DNA of 38,675 bases from an archaeon (GTDB lineage: Archaea > Iainarchaeota > Iainarchaeia > Iainarchaeales > Iainarchaeaceae): positions 1 through 38,675 of the forward strand of contig DATDXA010000032.1 of NCBI GenBank assembly GCA_035289485.1. Reading direction: 5' to 3'. The translations under genes and the position numbers were made by a program. Shown in pieces: positions 7,958 through 15,855 of the stretch. Numbering within the stretch: position 1 is the stretch's first letter; every line of letters begins with the position of its first letter. Below the pieces are notes generated by a model that searched no databases, was not told where the DNA came from, and was given only the letters and a program-made list of their open reading frames with translations.

Positions 7958-9030
7958 AAATCGTGCAGGTCGCAAACCACTACGCCCCGTGCATTGGCGG
8001 GATTGAGAGGGTTGTGCAAGACATCAGCATTGGACTCGCCGGCAAGGGGCACGAGGTGCGCGTTGTGTGCCTTGACAGGTGCGCAAATTCAAAAGAAAAA
8101 CTTCCAGAAATGGAAAATATTGGCGGCATAGGGGTTGAGAGGGTCCCTTTCCTCGACCTCAAATATTACAAAGTGGCACCATCGGTTTTTTCAAGGATTG
8201 GGGATGCAGAGGTAGTGCACGTGCATGGAATCGGATTCCTTTCGGATTTTCTTATAATTACAAAGCCGCTGCACAAAAAGAAGGTGGTTGTTTCCACCCA
8301 TGGCGGGATATTCCACACCAAAGCCATTGGCATGCTCAAGTCGGTTTATTTCAGGGTGGTGCAGGGCATTGTGCTGAATTTTGCGGATGCCGTAATAGCG
8401 GTGAGCAAAAATGATTATGAATTGTTTTCCAAAATATGCGGCAAAACCGCGCTAATTGAAAACGGCATTGACCTTTCTGGCATTTCTGCGGCCCAAAAGA
8501 GGCGCAACACTTTTCTTTTTGTGGGGCGCTTTTCCAGGAATAAGCGCGTCGAGAACATGCTTGAAGCGTTCTCAAGGCTGCAGAACAGAAAATTTGAACT
8601 GCTGATTGCGGGGGTTGATTGGGAAAATCTCCTCGAATCATACAAGGAAAAAGTGAAGGCACTTGGCATTGAAAAGAATGTGCGCTTCGTGATTGGCCCC
8701 TCAAAAGATGAGCTCAGGGCACTTTATGCAGGCTCCGAATTTTTCGTCTCCGCATCGCGCTATGAGGGATTTGGGCTTGCGCTCGTTGAGGGAATGGCAC
8801 ACGGGTGCATACCGATTGTGCAGGGCAATGAGGGATTTTCGGCAATACTGCGCAAAGGAGAGGGCTTTTTTGTCGATTTCGATGAAAGCGGCCCTGCAGC
8901 GGAGAAGATAGGGCAGATATTGGGAAAAAACAGGGAATCAATAGGGAAAGCCGCCGCAAAAAGGGCAAAAGATTTTGACATGGGAAAAAATGCATCGTCC
9001 CTTGAAAAGGCGTATGGGGCGATAAAATGA
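7954..9030 (+). CDS. Glycosyltransferase family 4, GumH/AceA-like (alpha-mannosyltransferase-like)
   Basis: GGIE, VVHVHGI.F..D.L..TKPLH.K..VSTHGG.FHT, IENG.D, GR.S.NK, SRYEGFGLALVEGM (E-x7-E). This closely resembles Xanthomonas GumH as I recall it. Confidence 0.88.
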   Translation: MKIVQVANHYAPCIGGIERVVQDISIGLAGKGHEVRVVCLDRCANSKEKLPEMENIGGIGVERVPFLDLKYYKVAPSVFSRIGDAEVVHVHGIGFLSDFLIITKPLHKKKVVVSTHGGIFHTKAIGMLKSVYFRVVQGIVLNFADAVIAVSKNDYELFSKICGKTALIENGIDLSGISAAQKRRNTFLFVGRFSRNKRVENMLEAFSRLQNRKFELLIAGVDWENLLESYKEKVKALGIEKNVRFVIGPSKDELRALYAGSEFFVSASRYEGFGLALVEGMAHGCIPIVQGNEGFSAILRKGEGFFVDFDESGPAAEKIGQILGKNRESIGKAAAKRAKDFDMGKNASSLEKAYGAIK

Positions 9031-10070
9031 ACGTGCTGCTGCTCACATCCACAGCCGATACACGGGTGAAAGCCGGCGTGGAAACATACAATCAGTACTT
9101 GAAAAAAATATTTCCCGGGCTCGAAATCATCGGCTATGAAACAGTAAGGCCAAGCGCATTCGAATGGTTCTCCCCGCTAAAGGAACCGCTAAAGGCCAAT
9201 GCCATCGGCTCTTATGTGAAGGAAAACATCGGCAAACTAAGGCCGGGCCTTGTAATAACCAACGGGATGTACGGCTGGAGCCTCACAGAAAGGGATACGA
9301 ACTGCCCAATAGTCAACATCTCCCACGGGGGATTCGTTGGCCTCGCGCTCAATGCCATAAGGAAAACAACCCTTGAGTTTTACAGGACAATGATTGTTTA
9401 TTCTTTTTTCGAAAAACTCAGCGCGAAAAATGCCTCGGTAGTTGTGGCCAATTCGCATCTGACTATGGAGCTGAACAAAAAATATTACGGTGTGGGCTCA
9501 ACAGTCATACACAACCCTGTCGACACAAAAACCTTTGCGCCAACAGGCAAGAAAAAAGCGAGGAAAAAACTTGGCCTCCCGGAGGGAAAAAAAATCGGCC
9601 TGTTTGTGGGAAGGCAGGAATACCAGAAAGGATTTGACCTGTTCGAAAAAATTGCGCGGATGAGGCCGGAAATATGCTTTATTTCAATCACATTCCCAAA
9701 AACGAGGAGCGGCATGATAAACATAACTGGGGCTTTGGCAAAGAATCGCAAAGAGCTCGCACTGTACTATTCTGCCGCCGATTTTGTGCTATTCCCCTCA
9801 AGGTTTGAGGGTTTTGGCTTTGTGCCAATAGAAGCGTTATCGTGCAATACTCCAGTTATTTCATCCGATGTTGGCGTGGTCAAGGAATTAAGCATTGACG
9901 GGCTCGAAAAAGTGCCCTCACTATATATTGAGGATTGGCTTATGGCGATTGACAGGGTTATTTCAAAAAAAAGAAAAGTGGCCCCCTCGGAGGCTATTGG
10001 AAAAAGATTTGGTTTTGGGGCATTCAGGGACGAATTTTTGGCTTTAACTAGCCGCCTTGCCAAGAATTAA
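9027..10070 (+). CDS. Glycosyltransferase family 4
   Basis: NPVD..F, FVGR...QKG, YSAAD, PSRFEGFGFVPIEALSCNTPVI. Confidence 0.92.
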   Translation: MNVLLLTSTADTRVKAGVETYNQYLKKIFPGLEIIGYETVRPSAFEWFSPLKEPLKANAIGSYVKENIGKLRPGLVITNGMYGWSLTERDTNCPIVNISHGGFVGLALNAIRKTTLEFYRTMIVYSFFEKLSAKNASVVVANSHLTMELNKKYYGVGSTVIHNPVDTKTFAPTGKKKARKKLGLPEGKKIGLFVGRQEYQKGFDLFEKIARMRPEICFISITFPKTRSGMINITGALAKNRKELALYYSAADFVLFPSRFEGFGFVPIEALSCNTPVISSDVGVVKELSIDGLEKVPSLYIEDWLMAIDRVISKKRKVAPSEAIGKRFGFGAFRDEFLALTSRLAKN

Positions 10071-10113
10071 AATACTTTGTCAATAGCTTTAGTAGTTTAG
10101 GAGCGCTGAAAAA

Positions 10114-11076
10114 ATGAAAAAAATCCTTATAACCGGAGTAACAGGCTTTGCAGGATCCCACCTTGCCGAGTACATAATAGACAACAAGCTTGGTGAAATA
10201 CACGGAACTTTCAGGGGCAAGAGCACCGACCTTGCCAACATCAATCATGTGAAAAGCAGCCTCAATCTTGTGAAGTGTGACATCACGGATTATTTCGTCG
10301 TTAAGCAGACCATAAAGGATATCGACCCGGATTATATTTTCCATCTTGCGGCCCAGTCTTTTGTCCCTGAATCGTGGAAATCGCCAAGGGAAACGCTCGA
10401 AACTAACATCATGGGCGCGTTGAACATTTATGAGGCGGTAAGGGAAGTAAACCCTGGAATAAAAATCCAGATAGCCTCAAGCAGTGAAATTTATGGGATG
10501 GTGCCAGAAGACGAATTGCCAATAAAAGAGACAAACCAGCTAAGGCCGCTTAGCCCTTACGGGGTCAGCAAGGTCGCGATGGACCTTCTTGGCTATCAGT
10601 ACCACGAGAGTTATGGGCTAAATATTGTAAGGACCCGCGCGTTCAACCACACAGGCCCGAGAAGGGGAGATGTCTTTGTTGCCTCAAACTGGACAAAGCA
10701 GGTTGCCGAAATAGAAAAAGGCACGCAAGAGCCTGTTCTTATGGTTGGCTCGCTCACTTCGAAAAGGGATTTCACAGATGTTCGGGATGTTGTGAGGGCT
10801 TACTGGCTGTCACTTGAAAAATGCGAACCCGGGGAAGCATACAACATCTGCTCTGGAAAAACCCAGACAATGCAGGAGCTGCTTGACATGATTCTCTCGT
10901 TCACGGACAAAAAAATCCAGGTAAAAGTTGACCCAAAAAGGATGAGGCCCTCGGATGTGAAGGTGCTACTTGGGGATTACAGCAAATTCAACAAGCAGAC
11001 AGGCTGGAAACCGGAAATACCGCTCGAAAAAACGATTAAGGATTTGCTGGATTACTGGAGAAAAAAACTGGCATGA
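10114..11076 (+). CDS. GDP-sugar 4,6-dehydratase/reductase family SDR (Gmd/Rmd/DmhA-like)
   Basis: GVTGFAG, HLAAQSFV, SSSEIYG, SPYGVSK (YxxxK), NHTGPRRGDVF, RDFTDVRD and RPSD motifs. Confidence 0.88.
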   Translation: MKKILITGVTGFAGSHLAEYIIDNKLGEIHGTFRGKSTDLANINHVKSSLNLVKCDITDYFVVKQTIKDIDPDYIFHLAAQSFVPESWKSPRETLETNIMGALNIYEAVREVNPGIKIQIASSSEIYGMVPEDELPIKETNQLRPLSPYGVSKVAMDLLGYQYHESYGLNIVRTRAFNHTGPRRGDVFVASNWTKQVAEIEKGTQEPVLMVGSLTSKRDFTDVRDVVRAYWLSLEKCEPGEAYNICSGKTQTMQELLDMILSFTDKKIQVKVDPKRMRPSDVKVLLGDYSKFNKQTGWKPEIPLEKTIKDLLDYWRKKLA

Positions 11077-11166
11077 GAACCGCCAGACACCTTGCATGGA
11101 AGCGCACAACAGGAAACATCGGTGGCGAAGGAATTTGGCATGTTCAGCCAAAAAAGCAAAATCCGA

Positions 11167-11196
11167 TTGACACGCGCATACCAAAGACTATAAAAA
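11167..11196 (+). promoter_or_regulatory. Putative promoter of the heptose module (BRE-TATA overlapping a sigma70-like TTGACA-N16-TATAAA)
   Basis: TTGACA 11167-11172 and TATAAA 11189-11194; also ACCAAAGAC-TATAAAAA 11180-11196. Confidence 0.5.
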
Positions 11197-11358
11197 CTTG
11201 AGAAAGCCCCTAATAATACAAGGAGCTTCTGACACTTTCGGCTGGCAAGTCCATTCGGGCTTTATGGCCTCAAATTGCCAAATCAGGGCAGAATCCCGTT
11301 GCCAAAAAGGCGGCAACCGAAATTGTCGAAAAGCCCATTTACACAATTGAGGAACATC

Positions 11359-12366
11359 ATGATTGTTGCAAGAGCCCCTCTCCGGTTGCCATTGGGAGGA
11401 GGCGGAACCGATCTCCCGGCGTATTATACCCGCTATGGCGGCCATTGGCTCTCGGCCGGCATTAATCGCCATATGTACATCGTTTTGCACGGCCGCTCCA
11501 TTGAGCCCGCCATCAAGCTCAAGTACTCTAAAATCGAGGAAACAAATTCGGTTGATAAAATTGAGCACGGCATCTTTAGGAGCGCATTAAAGCGCTATGG
11601 CATAAAGGACCACTTAGAACTCACATCCATCGCAGATGTGGGGGCGGGAACCGGGCTTGGGAGCTCTGGAAGCTTTACAGTGGCGCTACTCGCGGCCCTG
11701 CACGCATACCAGTCCAAGGAATGCAGCCCATCTTCACTTGCAGAAGAGGCATTTGAAATAGAAATGAGTGATCTCAATTTGCCGGTCGGAAAGCAGGACC
11801 AATATGCCGCCGCATTCGGGGGCATTCGCTCATATACCGCAGGCAAGGATGGAAAAATTGAGGCCAAAGATCTCGGGCTTGATGGCGAAACCGTGCTCGG
11901 GCTTGAGTCGAACTTGCTGCTTTTCTTCACGAATTACACGAGATCATCAATCCAAGTGCTTGACCAGCAGGGGAAAAAAATTGCGGCGAACCAGGACAAG
12001 GCGGCGGATGCGATGCACCAAATTAAGGAAATCGGAAAAAGAACACAAAATGCCCTTGAGAGGGGCGATATAGACCAATTGGGGCCGCTCTTGGATGAAC
12101 ATTGGAAACTCAAACGCGGAATTTCTGACAAAATGTCCAATGATTCGATTGACAAATGGTACTCACTCGCGCTCAAAAATGGAGCAACCGGCGGAAAAAT
12201 TGTGGGTGCTGGCGGAGGGGGATTCTTCATGTTCTACTGCCCGAGTGGCCCAAAAAACCAGGAAAAACTCCGCTCTGCGCTGGCTAATGCGGGCCTTAGC
12301 GAGATGCGGTACAAATTCGATTTTTCAGGCGCCACTACATTGCTTAATTTGGAGGGAGATGAATGA
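11359..12366 (+). CDS. hddA: D-glycero-alpha-D-manno-heptose-7-phosphate kinase (GHMP family)
   Basis: ARAPLR...GGGTD, GTGLGSSG, GKQDQY and GAGGGGF motifs. True start ATG 11359, preceded by GAGGA. Confidence 0.9.
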   Translation: MIVARAPLRLPLGGGGTDLPAYYTRYGGHWLSAGINRHMYIVLHGRSIEPAIKLKYSKIEETNSVDKIEHGIFRSALKRYGIKDHLELTSIADVGAGTGLGSSGSFTVALLAALHAYQSKECSPSSLAEEAFEIEMSDLNLPVGKQDQYAAAFGGIRSYTAGKDGKIEAKDLGLDGETVLGLESNLLLFFTNYTRSSIQVLDQQGKKIAANQDKAADAMHQIKEIGKRTQNALERGDIDQLGPLLDEHWKLKRGISDKMSNDSIDKWYSLALKNGATGGKIVGAGGGGFFMFYCPSGPKNQEKLRSALANAGLSEMRYKFDFSGATTLLNLEGDE

Positions 12367-12983
12367 GCCGAAATGAAATATTCGTCAAAAAGTATCTCTC
12401 GGAAGCACAGGACATAATCTCGCGACTGCCCGTGAAAAAAATTGACCTGGCAATTGACATGCTCTTTGAGGCATATCAGGATAACAAGCAGGTTTTCTTC
12501 ATGGGCAATGGAGGAAGCGCCTCGAACGCCCAGCACTTTGCCGCGGACCTTTCGAAAACCACCATCATGAAAACCGGCGAGTCGGTTTTAACTGCGAAGC
12601 GCTTCAAAGCGCACTCGCTATGCGACAATCCGGCATTGATTAGCGCATGGGCAAATGACATGGGGTTTGAAAGCGTCTTCCGCGGGCAGCTTGAAAATGT
12701 CCTGCAGGCTGGCGATGTTGTCATCGGCATTAGCGTTCATGGCGGCGGCAAGTTTTCCTCGAACCTTGGCGAAGCATACAAGTATGCAAAATCCGTCGGG
12801 GCCAAAACAATTGGATTTTCAGGGTTTGACGGCGGGTCAATGAACCAGCTCTGTGATGTGAACATCATCGTTCCTGCCAATAGCACACCGCACACGGAAT
12901 CGCTCCATTCAGTGCTGCAGCACATGATCATCTTTTGCCTGAAGGAAAAAATTGCCAATAATGGGGAGGCAAAATCCAAATGA
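12363..12983 (+). CDS. gmhA: Sedoheptulose-7-phosphate isomerase (SIS domain)
   Basis: GNGGSASNAQHFAADL, AWAND.GF..VF..QL, GDV.IGIS, GFDGG and E..H....H motifs. Confidence 0.92.
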   Translation: MSRNEIFVKKYLSEAQDIISRLPVKKIDLAIDMLFEAYQDNKQVFFMGNGGSASNAQHFAADLSKTTIMKTGESVLTAKRFKAHSLCDNPALISAWANDMGFESVFRGQLENVLQAGDVVIGISVHGGGKFSSNLGEAYKYAKSVGAKTIGFSGFDGGSMNQLCDVNIIVPANSTPHTESLHSVLQHMIIFCLKEKIANNGEAKSK

Positions 12984-13600
12984 AAAAAAACAAGTCCAAA
13001 ACCGTCTTTTTGGACAGGGACGGGGTTGTGAATGAAATGGTGATTCACAAGGAGCAGGGCCTTATTGACACCCCATTTTCCGCAGAACAGATGCGGTTCA
13101 TTACAGGACTAGAGGAACCGCTGCGGCGTATGGCCGCCTTGGGTTACAGCCTGATTATTATTTCAAACCAGCCCGGGCTTGCAAAGCGGCAATACAGCCA
13201 GCAAACATTTGATGCGCTGGACCAGAAACTGCGGGATTTTTTCAGGCAAAATGGCATACCCCTGCTGGACGTATTCTATGCGCTTTCGCACCCTGATGCC
13301 AATGACCCAGAATACCGGAAAAATCTGCACCTGCGAAAACCAGAACCGGGAATGCTGATTGAGGCGGCCAAGAAACACAACATTGAGCTTTCCAAATCAT
13401 TCATGGTCGGAGACAGCTGGCTGGATGTGGCGGCAGGAAACGCGGCAGGATGCTGCACAGTCCTGATTGCGGACAGGTATAAAAGCGAACTTGCAAAGCT
13501 ACTTGCGGAAAAAAAAGTGAAGCCGGATTATTATGCCAAAAACATGGCGGAGGTGTTGGAGATAATTGAAAAACACGCAAAAGGAGAGGATAAGCCTTGA
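12980..13600 (+). CDS. gmhB: D-glycero-D-manno-heptose-1,7-bisphosphate phosphatase (HAD-IIIA)
   Basis: FLDRDGVVN, ISNQPG, RKPEPGML and SFMVGD...D..AG motifs. Confidence 0.92.
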   Translation: MKKNKSKTVFLDRDGVVNEMVIHKEQGLIDTPFSAEQMRFITGLEEPLRRMAALGYSLIIISNQPGLAKRQYSQQTFDALDQKLRDFFRQNGIPLLDVFYALSHPDANDPEYRKNLHLRKPEPGMLIEAAKKHNIELSKSFMVGDSWLDVAAGNAAGCCTVLIADRYKSELAKLLAEKKVKPDYYAKNMAEVLEIIEKHAKGEDKP

Positions 13601-14190
13601 GAAACCCTATCATCTCGTTTTTTCAGAACCGGACATACAAAACAGACGACATCAGCGCAAAGCACCACATCGCGGAATTGATAGCCAAGCTGGCACGCGC
13701 CCATAACGCGAAGATTATTGTTGAGACCGGGACATTTCGCGGCTTAACGACTCTTGAGCTGGCGAAGGAAAATCCGCAGGCGACCATTTACACTTTCGAA
13801 ATCGACCCGAAAATACTCAGGCAGACACGGATTCTTTTCGGCATTTCAGGACACCGAAACATTGTTTTGGTTGAAGGGGATGTGATGAAAACACTTCCGC
13901 AAACAATTGCCGGAAAATCGGTCGATTTCGCTTTTTTGGATGACGCCAAGAAGAATTATAGGATGAATTTTGAGAATCTTCTCCCGCATCTCTCAGACAG
14001 CGCATTGGTGTGCGCGCATGACACGAATTTTCGCCCAAATGACATTGATGATGCTATTCAATTCGGAAAGTACCTCGCAAACCACCCGGCATTCAGTGCA
14101 ATCTCGGTGGACTGGAGCGATCGTGGACTCACGATAGCCCAGAAGCGCGGCTCTGCCCGCATTGAAAAAAAGCCCACAGGAGGGATATGA
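13597..14190 (+). CDS. O-methyltransferase (class I, CCoAOMT/Methyltransf_24-like)
   Basis: IVETGTFRG.TT, TFEID, EGD, DFAFLDDAKKNY and AHD motifs; TTG start overlapping the gmhB stop (TTGA), preceded by AGGAGAGG. Confidence 0.82.
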   Translation: MRNPIISFFQNRTYKTDDISAKHHIAELIAKLARAHNAKIIVETGTFRGLTTLELAKENPQATIYTFEIDPKILRQTRILFGISGHRNIVLVEGDVMKTLPQTIAGKSVDFAFLDDAKKNYRMNFENLLPHLSDSALVCAHDTNFRPNDIDDAIQFGKYLANHPAFSAISVDWSDRGLTIAQKRGSARIEKKPTGGI

Positions 14191-14844
14191 ATGGAAATTT
14201 TTGCCGATACGGCGAATCTGGATGAGATACGGGAACTGCAGAGCTGGGGCGTAATTGACGGATGCACGACCAACCCAAAAATCGTCGCCAAGGAGGGCGC
14301 AGATTTCGAAAAACGCATGAAGGAGATACTAAAGCTTGTTCCGGGCCCTGTGAGCATTGAGGTCACGTCAAATGACCTGAATCCTATGTTGGCGGAAGCG
14401 AAGAAATTCGCGGCATGGAAAACAAATGCGGTCATCAAGGTGCCAATGACAACTAACGGCCTTAAGGCGGTGCAGGAACTCAAAAAACTTGGAATTAAGA
14501 CAAATGTCACGGCATGCATGAGCGTGCCGCAGCTCGTGCTTGCGGCCAAGTCAGGCGCAACTTATGCGAGTTTTTTCTACTCGCGGGTTGGTGATATAGG
14601 TGTGAACCCCAAGGAGGTCCTGTCCAAGGCGGTTGCAATATACAATCAGCATGCATTCACAACAAAAATCATAGTAGGCAGCATCCGCTCAGTTGACCAG
14701 ATCACGGATATCATGGAAACTGGCGCGCATGTGATAACGATTCCGCCGGAATTCTTCAAAAAAATGGCCCAGCACCCCAAAACCGACGAGACAATCGATG
14801 AATTCCTCAAATTCTGGGCCGAGTACAGGAAAAAAACGGCGTAG
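14191..14844 (+). CDS. tal: Transaldolase (TalC/MipB-type, about 220 aa)
   Basis: FADTAN, G.TTNP, SIEV (Glu retained), VIKVP (Schiff-base Lys), NVT, YASFFYSR (Phe, Arg), GSIR and HPKTD motifs. Confidence 0.9.
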   Translation: MEIFADTANLDEIRELQSWGVIDGCTTNPKIVAKEGADFEKRMKEILKLVPGPVSIEVTSNDLNPMLAEAKKFAAWKTNAVIKVPMTTNGLKAVQELKKLGIKTNVTACMSVPQLVLAAKSGATYASFFYSRVGDIGVNPKEVLSKAVAIYNQHAFTTKIIVGSIRSVDQITDIMETGAHVITIPPEFFKKMAQHPKTDETIDEFLKFWAEYRKKTA

Positions 14845-14853
14845 GTTTACCAA

Positions 14854-15855
14854 ATGGCCAAAATCAGCGTGGTTATCGGAACACTTGGGCGCATTGAGCT
14901 CCTGAGGGGAACACTTGAATCGCTTGTTGCCCAGCATTTCAATGCAAAGGATTTCGAAATTGTGATAGTCACAAGCGGGCCAGGTCGTGTCCGTGAACTC
15001 GTGAAATCCATCTCCAAGCCAAAAGGCCTGCGCATACGCCTGATTTTTTGCGCATTCAAATGGGTGGCGCCAAAACGCAACATCGGAATCAGGTTTGCCA
15101 AAAACCCGGTTGTCGCCTTCATCGATGATGACTGCATTGCGGATACTGAATGGCTTTTGGCGATATCCGGGCAATTCGACCGCCAAAGCAATATTGCGGG
15201 GCTTGAGGGCAAAACAGAAAAAACTGCCAACGGGCTTTTTGAACACGCAACGGAAAATATCTCTGGCGGGCTGTATCCTACATGCAATCTCGCCATGCGC
15301 AAAAAAATCCTTGGCAGGATATGCGGATTTGATGAAACGTATACTTATCACCGCGAAGACACCGACCTCGCATTCAAGGCAATCCCATTTGGCCCGATTC
15401 CTTTTTGCCAGGATATGAAAGTGTTCCACTCCACACGTGCCACTCCTTGGAAGTCGGTCATCATGGAAATACTATGGGTGCGCGGGGACATCCGCCTGTA
15501 CAAGAAATTTCCAGGCCAATACAAAAAATCATTCGGCCTTCCGGCGAGGGGGGCAATTAAGCAGGGGCTGCTTGCATGGGCGTTGCTCATTGCAGGAATT
15601 ACAGGGCTGCTCTTCAATTCCATTCTCACAATTCTTTCGGCACTTGCATTCGTGCTTTTCTCATTCTGGGCGGTTCTTGCAAAGCGAACATGGAGGGTTC
15701 ATGAGGCTGTGGTTTATATCATTCTTACATTTGTGCGGGACATTTTGTTCATTCCAAGTTTCATATACTATTGGGCAATCATAACGGGAAAAGAAAATCC
15801 TGCAGACAACACAGGATGGAATAATGCCCATGCACTTCATGTGGAGGAATATTAA
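14854..15855 (+). CDS. Glycosyltransferase family 2 with C-terminal TM helices
   Basis: ISVVI, RNIG, AFIDDDC, CNLAMR and GFDE..REDTDL motifs; about three TM helices. Confidence 0.88.
   Translation: MAKISVVIGTLGRIELLRGTLESLVAQHFNAKDFEIVIVTSGPGRVRELVKSISKPKGLRIRLIFCAFKWVAPKRNIGIRFAKNPVVAFIDDDCIADTEWLLAISGQFDRQSNIAGLEGKTEKTANGLFEHATENISGGLYPTCNLAMRKKILGRICGFDETYTYHREDTDLAFKAIPFGPIPFCQDMKVFHSTRATPWKSVIMEILWVRGDIRLYKKFPGQYKKSFGLPARGAIKQGLLAWALLIAGITGLLFNSILTILSALAFVLFSFWAVLAKRTWRVHEAVVYIILTFVRDILFIPSFIYYWAIITGKENPADNTGWNNAHALHVEEY

Noticed and set aside
11073..11201. 42-codon ORF (MRTARHLAWKR...) starting with an ATGA overlap on the dehydratase stop
   Set aside because: No recognisable similarity, it runs across the putative promoter, and the ATG arises trivially from GCA-TGA. 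A gene remnant at the cassette junction cannot be excluded.
14191..14844. Fructose-6-phosphate aldolase (FSA) call for the TalC/MipB protein
   Set aside because: It has Glu and Phe at the positions where FSA has Gln and Tyr, and keeps the phosphate-binding Arg residues; the context also calls for S7P.
14689..15429. 246-aa minus-strand ORF and the many other 60-200 aa alternative-frame ORFs
   Set aside because: They lie antisense to or within clearly identifiable genes and lack motifs or start signals.
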